The translations under genes were made by a program, and so were the position numbers. A stretch of DNA of 64,000 nt. Source: the human T2T-CHM13v2.0 reference genome, Homo sapiens. The stretch lies in assembly GCF_009914755.1 (NCBI RefSeq), contig NC_060926.1. One strand, given 5' to 3'. Within the stretch, counting starts at the first letter, position 1, and every line of letters starts with the position of its first letter. Shown here piece after piece: positions 1 through 17,209 of this stretch. A model generated the notes under the pieces. The model did not search any database. It worked only from the letters and a program-made list of their open reading frames with translations, and was not told where the DNA came from.

Positions 1-24
1 GAGCTTGACCCGTCCATCGCTGTG
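1..24 (+). CDS. ATG4B: ATG4B cysteine protease, internal coding exon (partial, runs off the window start): ELDPSIAV
   Basis: GAG CTT GAC CCG TCC ATC GCT GTG followed by donor gtacgt; LDPS is the conserved ATG4-family motif; splices in frame to the exon at 2061. Confidence 0.93.
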
Positions 25-339
25 GTACGTGGCGGCCACCTGAGCACACAGGCATTTGGTGCTGAATGCTGTTTGGGAATGACGAGGAAAACTTTCGGAT
101 TTTTGCGTTTTTTTTTTCAGCATGTTGGGATAAGTACTGTGTTCACGTGGTTGGGAATCTGAAGGGTATAAGAGCCGGAACTGTGTCCTTGCACCCTCAC
201 GTCCCTCCCCCAGGCACCACCTCCTGTGCAGCCTTCATGGCCTTCGAGTGGCCCAGAGAGCGTGTGTCTGGATGTGAGCGTGTGTGGGCGCGTGCTGAGT
301 GTGCATGGATGAGTGTGAGCCATGGTGAGTGTGTCCCCC

Positions 340-453
340 TCACACCTACATTTAAACACATGGGCGGCCCCTCCACCCACCCCTGCACCACCTTCGTCAC
401 ACCCACATTTAAACACGGGCGGCCCCTCCACCCACCCACTCCTGCACCACCTT
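340..453. repeat. Tandem duplication, 2 x ~57 bp
   Basis: tcacacc(t/c)acatttaaacac..gggcggcccctccacccac..cctgcaccacctt occurs twice. Confidence 0.85.
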
Positions 454-807
454 TTGTTTTCCGGAGGCTCTGACTTGACCTCTCTGGGGGATTTCCTAAG
501 AAGGAGCTTCCCTGTTTTTCCATTTTGATTACCTAGTTGTGATTTTTGGTGTGTGATTTATGCAGACCTGCCTGCCCTCAAATATATTTGATGGGGAAAG
601 AGGCCAAAAAACCCCCCTAGAAATCATGAATGACGGTGACATGCTCAGGGAAGCAGTTAACCGAATCGGGGGCTCTGTTGTGGATGCTCCGCCCCATTTA
701 GGAGGAAGAAGGCAGATCTGGGCCTGAAATGGGACGGTCTCTGAGCTGTGGCGCAGCCCCAGAGTGCACACCACGCTCCATGCACCTCCTGGGCAGGGTG
801 GCAGTAG

Positions 808-1145
<338 letters not shown>

Positions 1146-2060
1146 GCACACTTCTTACCAGAACCTAGTCACGAATTCCTCGTCTAACTAGAATTAGGTA
1201 TGTTTGTTACTGTAAACGCAGCTTGGTGGCTTACAGTGATTGACACTCTAACAGTCAGGTCAGGCTAGAGAGCCAGCCACCGCAGACAGAGGAGTGGACG
1301 CGTGAACGTTGAGTTGAGACCAAAGGGGCCACCTGGTGGGATAACTGTCCTCACCCGTGAGGAGGAGGAATGTCCCCTGTCCCCGGGGGAGAGTGCTCCT
1401 ACACCAGCGCCGAGGCGGCAGAATGGTGTCTTCAGGGGAAGAGAGTGCCCAGTTTGAGCTTCTCCCCCCATTTCGTTTCTTTTTGTGTTAACATCTGCGC
1501 ATCTGGCAGCGTTGAGAATTCCTAGTGACTGTCATTACAGGCGGCAGCTTTAAGGATGTGATTGCCGGTGACCCTTGGCCGGTCCCCTGTCTCCTGGCTC
1601 CTCAGCAGGAGGCTCCCTGTGTCACGGTGTCCTTGGGCAGTTCTCGGTGGCCTTTGCCGCCAAGCTTCCAGGGAGCTGCTGGGCGAAGGCTGAGACCCAG
1701 CGGCCCTGCCTCACAGTCACAGAGAGAAGAGCTCCCCACTTGGCCCTAACTCATAACCTGCCCCAATCCCGGAACACTCGGTGAGGTTTGAGAGATGCAC
1801 ACCACGTAACATCTCGTGGGCGAATCAAGGCACAGCAACGCAGTGGAGCCTGAGGGGAGCCGGGCACTGGTGCAGGGGACCATGCACAGGGCACCCTCGG
1901 AGCTCCGTTCCTGGCCACAGGAGCCAAGGCAGGCTGGAATGTCCAGCACCTGCATGCTGGGGGCCTCTGCTGCGCCACTGGCAGTGGGAATGGAAGCCCC
2001 CACCTCTTAGCCGACTGCAGATGGGGGTGTCGTGTTCTGCTCATCGTCATTTCGTTTTAG

Positions 2061-2117
2061 GGGTTTTTCTGTAAGACTGAAGATGACTTCAATGATTGGT
2101 GCCAGCAAGTCAAAAAG
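2061..2117 (+). CDS. ATG4B: ATG4B coding exon: GFFCKTEDDFNDWCQQVKK
   Basis: Acceptor ttcgttttag, donor gtttgt; 57 nt, phase 0/0; matches the known ATG4B protein. Confidence 0.96.
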
Positions 2118-2646
2118 GTTTGTAGCCGCCCCACACCCACAGCCGAGCTGAGCCACCCAGGGAGACAGGCAGTGGGGCGTGCAGGGGTCGAAGGCCTGCG
2201 TCCAGGTCTCAGGCAGCCTCACTGGGCCGTGGGGAGCTTTGTCCCGCCTGGCACAGCTATGTAGCTGAGCAGGGTGGGGCGTCCTGGATTGCCCATCTGG
2301 CAACACAGTTAACAACCCTGGGGATGGATGTTGCGTGTTGACTTTAGAATGGGATTTCCAGTGTCCTCATCCGTCTCCTGTTGAGATGGGGGTGGTGATG
2401 GGGTGCTGAGCTACGCCGGCCTAGTGCGTGTGGCCCACCCCCCTCTGCCGTGGTGGTCAGACTGTGCTGTGTGTTGATCACCACACTGGGTTCTCGTGTA
2501 GCCTTTAGTGTGGAGCTGCCTCTGTTTTCTCATCAGTGAGATGGGATGACAGGTTTGTCCGCTGGCTGTGGCCGGCTGGCCCCTTTCTCTTGGCCGCAGC
2601 AAGCACTGGGGTGAGGCTGCACCTAACGGCCATGTCTCACTAACAG

Positions 2647-2740
2647 CTGTCTCTGCTTGGAGGTGCCCTGCCCATGTTTGAGCTGGTGGAGCAGCAGCCT
2701 TCACATCTGGCCTGCCCCGACGTCCTGAACCTGTCCCTAG
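2647..2740 (+). CDS. ATG4B: ATG4B penultimate coding exon: LSLLGGALPMFELVEQQPSHLACPDVLNLSL
   Basis: Acceptor ctaacag, donor gtgaga; 94 nt; overlaps ORF 2674..2880. Confidence 0.96.
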
Positions 2741-3525
2741 GTGAGAGCTGCCAAGTCCAGGTGGGGTCCCTCGGAGGTACGATCTGTGCCCTTGCTTCCC
2801 CAGTCCTGGCCCCCTTGGTTTTGACCATTAAGGTGTGTGTGAGCCTGAGCCGTGAGCACTTGGCAGTGGTTCGCCTGTGAGACCAGGTATGGAGTGGAGC
2901 GTCCCCTCCTCCAAGCTTGCGCCCAGCAGCCCAGGACCCACCTCGTCTTCCCCACCAGCGCTGCCTGCCGGGGCGCTGTGGAGCTGGGCGTGCTACCATG
3001 GAGTCCTCAGGGGTCTGGAGCAGACAGAACATGCAGGCTCTGTGGTGACGCAGTCCTGGGTGGGGGACTGGTTCACTTGGGCACCACTGGCCATGGGTGG
3101 CGTAGACCCCTCGGACCATGGCCAGCGTGCCGCAGGAGCCGGCCTGGGCTCGTGCAGTGAAGTGAGTGGCCGTGAGCGCGTCCTCCTCATCTCTGTCTCC
3201 CTGTGGAAAACTCTACAAACAAGGCAATGGCAATGGAACCACTCCTGATGACCACGAGGGTCAGACGCGGGACAGAGGCCCCTCAGGCCTGAGATTGTGC
3301 CGGCCGCCCCCTGCCCTCCTCACCCTGCCCTGCTCCTCTTCTCTGCTCCCTCCCCCCATATTCGCAGGTCTGCACAACCCCCGGACCTGTTCACACCCGC
3401 ATGGGGACAGCTGTCTGTGGGCTGCAGAGCAGGCACTGCTCAGTCTGCCCCACGCCAAGGGCCCTTGACTCACACCCAGGTGGCCCACCCAAGATGCCTG
3501 ATGCGCTATGTCCTGTTCCTTCTAG

Positions 3526-3599
3526 ATTCTTCTGATGTAGAGCGACTGGAAAGATTCTTCGACTCAGAAGATGAAGACTTTGAAATCCTGTCCCTTTGA
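3526..3599 (+). CDS. ATG4B: ATG4B last coding exon: DSSDVERLERFFDSEDEDFEILSL*, containing the C-terminal LIR motif FEIL
   Basis: Acceptor tcctgttccttctag; TGA at 3597-3599; end of ORF 3297..3599. Confidence 0.97.
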
Positions 3600-5190
3600 A
3601 AATCCTGGGGTCGGGGGTGGCACCTGTGAGAGCCTGGGGCTCCTGGTGCCGCTGCGTTTCATCCATCCCGCCCGCTCGCCTGCCGAGGGCTGCGCCCCGT
3701 GCTGCCTCCCCCCAGAGGGCCACCCGCTGTGCTCGTGGACTGAGGCTGCGCTGCCCGGGAGGCCTTACTGCTTGGTGTCAGACTGCCCAGCTCAGAGTGC
3801 CCGTCAGGGCCTGTGCATCCGCACGCGGAGCCGTCTGTTAGGAGCTTCCAGAGCGTTCTCTCGACACTGCCAGCCCCGTGTTAGCACCTGGGCCTCAGTC
3901 CCACTTGCTCCCAGGCGCCGGTTCTGTGGTTGGTTTGGAATTAAAGTCCTGTTTGAAGTTGTCAGACACAGACATGAATTTCTGGGGCGCTCCCTGAGTC
4001 AGAGTCTCAGAAGACCTGTGCAGGCTGGCGTGAGAGGAGCGGCAGCCACACTGCGGCCCCACGCCCAAGGACTGGGCTGCTCTCGAGGGGGGCGCGCCCA
4101 CCGCTGTGTCCTCTCTGCCCAGCCTGGCTTACCAAGGGCTACCTCAGTGGGAGATGAGGTTGGAGGAACGAAGGCGAGGTTCCTCCTTGCTTTGGGGAGA
4201 AAAGTATTCAGGAAGTGGGTGTGTGGGAAACCTGAAGATGGCGTGCACAGGACACAGCGTGGTCGGCCTGGGCAGAAGGGCGGCTGGCTGTCCTGGAGCT
4301 GCTGCTGGAGCCTGCCCTCAGAGTGTCCCTTTCCAGTGCTGTGGCATTCTGTGGCAGCTTCCCCAGGTGTGGTGACGGGGGGGGCGGGGCCTCCACCTGT
4401 GACAGTCAGGCTTGAGGGTGGACGGCGTGCCTCTCCCAGGAGCCTTCCCCATGTCCTTGCCTTGCTGAGAATTGCCCTCCCATGCCGCTGAGGTGTTAGG
4501 TGGTTTAGGGCCAAAAGGGGAAAACCACTTGAGTCTTGTGGTGTGTGGTGGGCAGACACCACAGGGTGGCATCACCTGGTGGCATTTCCAGAACCTCAGC
4601 CCCGATTCCAGCACCCACCACCGCCTGACCCTGTGTAACCTGCTGTCCCGGGTCCCAGAGTGCACTCTGCCCCGCTGCTCTGCTGCCTGTCCTGGGAAAG
4701 TAGCTTTGCCCCACTAGGAAATGTAAACAGGAGGGCTTGGGGAGCGTGGGCACTTTTCTCATGAGCAGCTACTGCGGCGTTGGCAGGACTCGCTGCTGCT
4801 GCTGCTGCTTGTGTAGGTCGGGGAGCCGGAGATCCCCGAGGACGCGCGCCGGACAGTCGGCACTGACCGGCCCACCTGGTAGCAGAGGACACCCCCAGCC
4901 CCCCAAGCATTGAAGACATAGTGTATTTCCTCGTATCCTTTCTCCCTTGGGTGTAGTTGGGGTGGGGAAGCAGGGAAGGCTGGTGCGATCTCCATTCCTT
5001 GGGCTCCGCGTCCGAGTTCATGGTGCGCCGCTGTGCTGGGAGCTGCAGTGGGAATGTGTGGGACACCTTGACCAAAGGGGAGCTTTGTCTCGTGTGTTTT
5101 GAAAAAGGCTTAATGAAGAGAATGTTGTTCATTCTTAGTAGTATAGTTTGCAATTCTTAATGGCAAATAATAAGTTTCAGTAGAAAACAA
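3600..5190 (+). other. ATG4B: ATG4B 3'UTR (end approximate)
   Basis: Follows the stop codon; AT-rich end with variant signal AATAATAAG at 5166-5174 and downstream T/GT-rich sequence. Confidence 0.7.
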
Positions 5191-5734
5191 ACCTTGTGTC
5201 TATTTTTTCCTTAAGTTCTAATTGAATGTGAGTTCCAGAAAAAAAATAAGTGAATGTTTCAGCCCGTTCACACGTAAAGGATGTGGCTGCCTGCGTGGCG
5301 GGCTGTGGGGCCCTGAGCAGGTGTGTCCCCAGCCCTGGCAGGGGGCCTGTCCTGCCTGCAGCCTGGCTCTCTACCAGCCGTGGCATCAGCCACCTCATAC
5401 AACCCTAGAAGGAAAAAGTGCAAGGAAAATAGGATTTTAGGAAAGTAAAATGGCGGTTCCCATCTTCAGCAGGAGGAAGTCACAGGAAGTGCCTGGAGTT
5501 GCAGGGTTTGCCTCGATTTGAATCATAGCAAAGCCTTCCCCAAGTGCGCAGTGACTGTCCTGGCCTGTGGGAGGCCATGCCTGGGGCACAGCAGGGGGCT
5601 TGGTGAGGACATTGCTCACTCTGGCCAGTGCATCCCTGTGGGCAGCCCTGGTATAGGTGTGAAGGGCCCAAAGCCAGACCGGAGGGGGCCCTGCTGGGTC
5701 CCCGGTGAGGTGGCTGAGGACTTGTGGCCTCTCC

Positions 5735-6290
5735 GATGCTCGTATTCGCTTCTTGTGGCTGCTCTAAAAGATGATCACATTCAGTGCCTGGAACAGCACA
5801 GCCTCTTCCAGACCCGGAGGGCAGACAGCCATATCGTGCTGTGGGCTCTAGGGGAGAACGTTGCTGTGCCTTTCTAGCTTCTGGATGCCAGAAACTGCTT
5901 GGCTCATGGCTCTTTCCTCCAACCACACAGCCAGCAACATGGCATCTCTCCAGCTTTTGCTGTTGGCATCTCATTTCCTGACTCGGACCGCCTGCCTCCC
6001 TGTTATGCGGACCCGTGATGGGCCAGGCATGGTGGCGCCAGCCTGTAATCCCAGCACTTTGGGAGGCTAAGGTGGATCACTTGAGCCCAGGAAAGAGAGG
6101 CTGCAGTGAGTCAAGATTGCACCACTGCACTCCAGCCTGGATGACAGAGTGAGACCCAGTCTTAAGACAACAAAAAAAGGCCCCTGTGATGACACTGGGC
6201 CCACCTGGATAGTCCAGGAAAGTCTCATCTGAAGGTTCCTCACCCAGGCCCATCCCACAGCCCCTGGCAATGCTTACCCAAGAGTGAAAT
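5735..6290. mobile_element. Degenerate MLT1-type (ERVL-MaLR) LTR interrupted by an Alu fragment (~6020-6178, +)
   Basis: MLT1-like motifs ctctaggggaga and tttctagcttctgg; Alu sequence in the middle. Confidence 0.5.
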
Positions 6291-6494
6291 CCTTTTGTTT
6301 TGCCTGGGTTTGTCTCTTGGCCACAGAAGGGTGCTGAGACCCACAGCTGCTGCCCCCACAGATGGAGGACCCTGCCTGCCTTCTACTCCAGCACACTGTA
6401 TGCTGCTGTCTATGCGGAGTGTGCTCTGTGGGACAGATTCTGCCAGGAGTGTCAAATCATTCCTTCTAAGTGTCACTTAAAAGGGGATGCAATG

Positions 6495-6787
6495 GGCTCG
6501 GCATGGTGGCTCATGCCTGTACTCCCAGCACTTTGGGGAGGCCAAGGCAGGTAGATCACTTGAGCCCAGGAGTTTAAGACAAGCCTGGCTGGCAACATAG
6601 CGAAATCCTGTCTCCACAAAAAAATTACCCAGGCACAGTGAAGGCCTGTAGGCCTAGCTACTCAGGAGGCTGAAGTAGGAGGATCACCTGAGCCCAGGAG
6701 GTCAAGGCTGCAGTGAGCCACGATCGTGCCACTGCACTCCAGCCTGGGCGACAGTGAGACCCTGTTTCCAAAAAAATAAAAAATAAA
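6495..6787 (+). mobile_element. Alu (AluJ-like)
   Basis: gagcccaggaggtcaaggctgcagtgagcc AluJ motif and A-rich tail. Confidence 0.85.
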
Positions 6788-7074
6788 GGATAGGATGAGA
6801 AGTTAAGCTCCAGGGTTGCAATGAAAATAGCAGAGTTAACTTAGGTGAGTTCAGGACGTAAGCTGTGATGACACTCGGATATAGCCTGGCTGGACCCAGC
6901 GAGCCCAGGGCATGGCTGCAACTGTTCAGACCCACAGTGGGACTCCCTCAACTAGGCAGGAACCAGGGTCCAGGAAGGCCCTACTGGGCCCAATGAAGGC
7001 TCTTCTCTCCTGGGATGGAGGTTCCCATTCAAAGCCAGCTCCGTCCTCAGTCTAAGAAAAGTGAAGCGTTCCAC

Positions 7075-7460
7075 AAACAATTTTCAGGTCTTTTTTTACT
7101 AGTGTCTGGAAGACATTTAGGAGAATTCCAACTGATTACCATTTACAGTGATCACAATGAAACTGCTCAGAGTTATCACTGAACTTCAGTAAGAAAATAC
7201 AACAGAGTGCCATCAGGACAGGGGAGAGGGCAGGAGACTGCTCCATCGCTCTGCTCATGTCCACACTGCCAAGGTCCCCACCACGGGGGTCCCCAGTGCA
7301 CCCCAGCTCCGGGGCAGAAGAGGCAGCCTGCAGATCTCTGCTGCCGGGAAAGAGCTCCTGAAGTTGTGGGGTCTGGACTCCGCTGGGGACGGGGCCTTCC
7401 GCGAGTCTCCCACCTCTCGGGGGACTGCAGGGAGAGGCGTCTCCAGTGGGCAGCCTTGGG
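7075..7460 (-). other. DTYMK: DTYMK 3'UTR with variant poly(A) signal AGTAAA (7100-7095)
   Basis: tttact on + strand reads AGTAAA on - strand; end position approximate. Confidence 0.65.
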
Positions 7461-7571
7461 TCACTTCCATAGCTCCCCCAGCGGCTTCTCTGTGGCAGTG
7501 CGGATGGCGTCCTCAGAGAGCACGCGGATGTCCTCATGGACAGCTTCGATGCTTTTGGAAGCATCCACCAT
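7461..7571 (-). CDS. DTYMK: DTYMK exon 5: MVDASKSIEAVHEDIRVLSEDAIRTATEKPLGELWK*
   Basis: Acceptor AG at 7573-7572; TGA at 7463-7461; total CDS 639 nt = 212 aa. Confidence 0.97.
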   Translation of the reverse strand: MVDASKSIEAVHEDIRVLSEDAIRTATEKPLGELWK

Positions 7572-7620
7572 CTGTTCCCACCGGGGTTTCAGGAGAAAAA
7601 GAGGCTCATCAGCACGTTCC

Positions 7621-7800
7621 AGGCTGGTCACGGGAGCCCACGCCTGTAATCCCAGCACTTTGGGAGGCCCACGAGGGAGGACTGCTTGTACCCAGGAGTT
7701 CAAGACCAGCCTGGGCTACACAGGGACACCCCGTCTCTACAAAAAATGTGGCACCACTCTACTCCAGCCTGGGTGACACAGTAACACCCTGTCTCAAAAC
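7621..7800 (+). mobile_element. Alu fragment in DTYMK intron 4
   Basis: Alu left-arm and tail sequence with an internal deletion. Confidence 0.8.
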
Positions 7801-9287
7801 AACACCATGTTTCGTTCTGTCCTCTGTGCTCGTGGGGATTTCACACAGGCCGGGCTCTGGAAGGCCAACCTGAACCTCCTGGCACACTGTGGTGACCTCC
7901 GGGATACCCCACACCTTTCTCTGAACCTCAACCTTGACAAGTGTCTACGGTAGTCACCCGGCATTCCTGCCACAGCCCTGATGCAGGAGAAACATGATGT
8001 GCCAACTGCCCACTCCTGCTTTAAGCCGACCTCAGCCTCGTGACCCCAACCCCGCTGAGTGCCCACTTGCAGGAGTGAGGCACAGCCCACAGCACAGCCA
8101 GGCCCACCCAGCCCACCAGGTCGAGGTGACTGTCCCTCCAGCTCGCAAGCGGCGAGTCGGAAGCACAGAGGGCAGACCCTGCCCTGCCCACGCTCCTGTG
8201 GCTCCTGGGCCCTGCCTGGAAGGTGAGGAAGTTCCGCAGCAGAAGCCAGACAGCAGGACCAGTGCAACACTGGGCCTGACTCGTCCTTGCGGGGAAGATG
8301 AATTTGGTCCTAACAGCTGTGCTGCACAATGGCGTGAACGGTGCGAGGAGCGTGGGGAGGGCATAAGCCCGCAGGACAGCCTTCTCTCCACCAGAAGGCA
8401 GGCAGTGAGAGGGACTCAGAAGCGCTGGCATCTCAGCGGCATCCCGGCTTCTGCTGTCGGGTGGCACCGGACCCTTCTCAAGCTTCTGGGACAGCAAATT
8501 CTAGAAAATCTGCCAGGGGCGTAGAAGGCACTTGGAAGAATCTAACCATTTCATGAGGTGTGACCGTGACGGAAGGAGAGTGACTCCCTACACAAGGGCC
8601 ACCTTCCCAGATGCCTCTCACTGGCCACTGTGCAGCCACACAGCTGTCGCCCAGAACCGCCCAAGATGAGCCTCTCCGGGCGGAATGACTGCCAGAGAGA
8701 ATGCCGCACTGCCAGAAAAGGGCACTGCTATCCCACCTGCGTTCCGGGAAACGAAAAGCTGCGTGACCAGCATCATCTGCAGGCACAGCCAGTCGGGCTG
8801 GGGCGAGACCCTCGGCCCTGCTCTGGAGGAGGAGCTCAAGGGACTGAAGCTCCGCGGGCCGTGGCCACAAGCGACAGTGCTGGCGCCCGACGTGCCAGAA
8901 GCCCTGGCTGCCGCCTGGAAAGAGGCCACGTGGGCAGCGGTGGGCACGGGCGACTGGAGTCTGGGAGAGAGGTAGGGGCTGCGGTCGGGAGGAGCAGAGG
9001 CGGCCAGCCTGCGAGTCCACTGGGAGGGGAGAGTCCAGCGTCCTGGGAGCAGAGCCAGACCTGGGACTGCTGAGACTGAAGGAGGCAGGACTGAAGGGAG
9101 AGGCAGCACACAGCACCCTCCTGAACTTAGATGGCCAGGTGCTGCTGCAGGGCCCATGCCCAGCGAGAGGCCGCACCAGAGGACACAGTGGCAGGAACAG
9201 GCTGGCGCTCGTGTCTGAAGAGGGGCTGAGGATGTGGAGGATTGCGCAGACTCTCACCTGACCCACCAGACAAAGCGCCAAATGTCA

Positions 9288-9649
<362 letters not shown>

Positions 9650-9785
9650 CTACTCCCGGGGCTCCACATCTGGGAGGACCAGACGGAAACGGCAGCAGCT
9701 TTGCTGACACGACTGTGCCAGCCACCACGGTGTCATCCTGAGCCACTTCTCCACGCTTCCTAGTGTGCAATTCTGGGATTCTCAC

Positions 9786-9983
9786 CTTCCAGTTCAAAGT
9801 CGTGTCTTTCATGAGCTGGTGGAAACACCGGAGCGCCCGCTCCTGGAAAGCCCCGTTCTCATAGCGCTCATGGCCAAACGCTCCCCGCTTGGCAGCATCC
9901 GCCAGCTGTAACTGGAGGAACAGGACCAGGTCGGGTTTGGGAAGGCCCACGTCTGGCTGTTTACACCAGTCTAGGGAAAAATT
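9786..9983 (-). CDS. DTYMK: DTYMK exon 4: [25 protein letters not shown]...ERYE...LNWK (LID region)
   Basis: Acceptor ttctttcttggcag, donor gtgaga; 198 nt; overlaps ORF 9495..9950. Confidence 0.97.
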
Positions 9984-10820
9984 CTGCCAAGAAAGAACCC
10001 AACAGTTAAAGCTTAGTGTAGTCTAGGTTTTTGTTTCGAAAGTCGTAAAAACAGGAAAAAATGAGGGGACATTTGGTGAGGTACCAAGATGTGAGACTGT
10101 TTATATTGTGGCTCGTTTAATTTTTAGAACCTCAAACGTGTCGGTTTCTCCAGTGTCACCTTTGTTTTTCCTTTGTAAACAGACAAGTGGACAGAAAAGT
10201 AGGTAGATAGAACGGCTGCCAGTCCCCGCCACCCACAGCCCAGGCCCCATGGAGGCCCTCCCAGCGCAGCTACAGGCCTGCTGGCCAGGAGCAAACAGTC
10301 TATGTACAGAGCCCCTGGAGACCCCCGGCCTAGGACGCCTGCAGCACAGAGCAGCTGGGTCCGGACACAGGCACGAGGTCCTTGGCAGTGTCTTTTCTGC
10401 CACACACACGCCAGGGTCTCCTCTCCCGTGGAAGAGCAGGAAGAAGACAGGCACTCCTAGAGCCTGTTATGTGCCAGCCTAGTCTCATCCACTGGCCCTT
10501 CTTGCCAGGGCTGTGCCAGCACCCTCTCTCCCTCCCTTACTCATCCCATCTCCCTCCAAATGCTGTCCTGTTTCCGGAGGAAAGGTAGGACCAGAAAGGC
10601 TGTGACTGCAGGCCACACATCACACAACAGCACAATGAGCTGAGGGAAGGCGTCCACGAGAACCTCCCACAGAGCCTGCGGCTCTGTCAGCTGATCCGCA
10701 CAGCAGGAAGAAGCAAAGGAATCATGAGTCTTGTCCTCCTTATTATACAACGTAATACTTCAGAGGGGAAGGACTCAAGCTAACACATGAAGAAATGGCA
10801 GAATTAAAAAGTGAGGGCGT

Positions 10821-12249
<1,429 letters not shown>

Positions 12250-12589
12250 TCAGCTGTCTTGGTCAGAGAGGCCAGCTCTACCCTGTCGAGGAAGAAGAAA
12301 GCACAGGCAAAGAAGAGAGCAGAGGATGGTGGCGGGGGAAGCGTGGGCACAGCCAGCAGGTGACTCATCCATGCTCATGACCCCTAGCCTGGACTGCAAG
12401 GATGTTCTCAGCCAAATACCACAAGTCCACCATCATCCCTACAGCTGCCAAGATCACAGATGTACAAAGACACGGGGCCTGACACTAGTGAGAAGCACTG
12501 CTCAAGACAGAGAAAGAAAAGTCCGATTCATTCGACTCAGCCAGTCTCACTGGGGCCTTCAAATCACAGGGGCACCCACATAAGGAGTC

Positions 12590-15480
<2,891 letters not shown>

Positions 15481-16309
15481 TAACCTGTAGGAGAATAGAT
15501 GGACACAAGAGACGTAGCCCTGGGTACCTGGGATAAGATTATTATCTAAAAAGTAAAATCAGGATTATTCTTCATTTTAAATTGGGCATATACGTGTTTC
15601 ATCACTTTTCTACAAAGCCACAAAAAGCAAAATCAGAAGAACAATTGCCTCCATAAATTCTAGATGTGTTAAAAAGATTATTAAAAATGGTCTCATTTTC
15701 ATTTAAGACTTGGAGTGGGGACAGCCTTTCCAAGCAAGACACAAAGCTAAGCCGGAGGAGAGTAATGCAGTGTTTCATGTAACACGGATGATGAGGAACC
15801 ACTGAAGATTCACCAGCAGGGAACTGGCTACACGTACCGTGGTTCTAGAGACAATGCGACGACAATTAAAGAGAATGAGAAGGGCAGAGTTAGGGGATCT
15901 GTAAGTGCAGAAATCTGTAAGGCAGAGTTAGAAAGAAAGCTGCCAAATAATTTGTATGGTATGACCTCATTTATGTTAAAAAACAAAATTCTAACTATAG
16001 TAGTTTCTACATATGTATATAAATGTAAATAAAAACATTGAAAGAACACACATCAACATTAAGTGTTGAATGAAGAGGAAACCTACTACAATGATGTAAA
16101 ACAAAAAAAGGTGGTAGGAGAGTTCATATAAACTCAGTTACTAATGTATCAATATTGGTTATCAATTTTAACAAATGTAACATAACACAGCACATAAATA
16201 ATGGGGAAGGGGGGAAGGCAGGGGTAGTATGTAGGGAGCGCTCTACATACTCTACTTTTTGATCAGTTTTTCTATATACCTAAAGCTATCTTTAAAACAT
16301 TAAGTCTAT

Positions 16310-16884
<575 letters not shown>

Positions 16885-17100
16885 TTATGGGGTGTGGGGA
16901 GCAGGAGGACGAAACAGCATTCATTAGCGCCCTTTGGGAACTAGGGCGCTTCACCACCTCTGCCCACAGGACTGCTAAACAGAAGAACATCAGGCCCAGC
17001 ACTACTGTCACTGTCATTCAGAATCGAGTGCTGCGTTCACTGAATCTCAGGAGGAAGGAAAGTGGCAAGGGCAGAGGGAGCAGTGTGCAATGGTTTTTAC

Positions 17101-17209
17101 ACTTGTTCCCAGCGATTTGCAGAAAAAAGCAGGTGCACCGAGTGATCCTCCACGTCACTTTTCTTTTGCAAGTAGGAACTCAGAAGTTTGCCGATTTCAG
17201 TTGATCTTT
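17101..17209 (-). CDS. DTYMK: DTYMK exon 2: ERSTEIGKLLSSYLQKKSDVEDHSVHLLFSANRWEQV
   Basis: Acceptor tttttttctag, donor gtaaaa; 109 nt; frame continues from exon 1. Confidence 0.97.

Noticed and set aside
3571-4491. 306-aa + strand ORF overlapping the ATG4B stop and 3'UTR
   Set aside because: Starts out of frame inside the ATG4B last exon, has low-complexity R/G/P/A composition typical of GC-rich UTR, and shows no recognisable domain
4792-4809. (GCT)6 triplet run in the ATG4B 3'UTR
   Set aside because: Too short to imply instability or function
8478-9281. 267-aa ORF and overlapping ORFs in DTYMK intron 4
   Set aside because: Stop-poor GC-rich intron sequence; no domain or splice support
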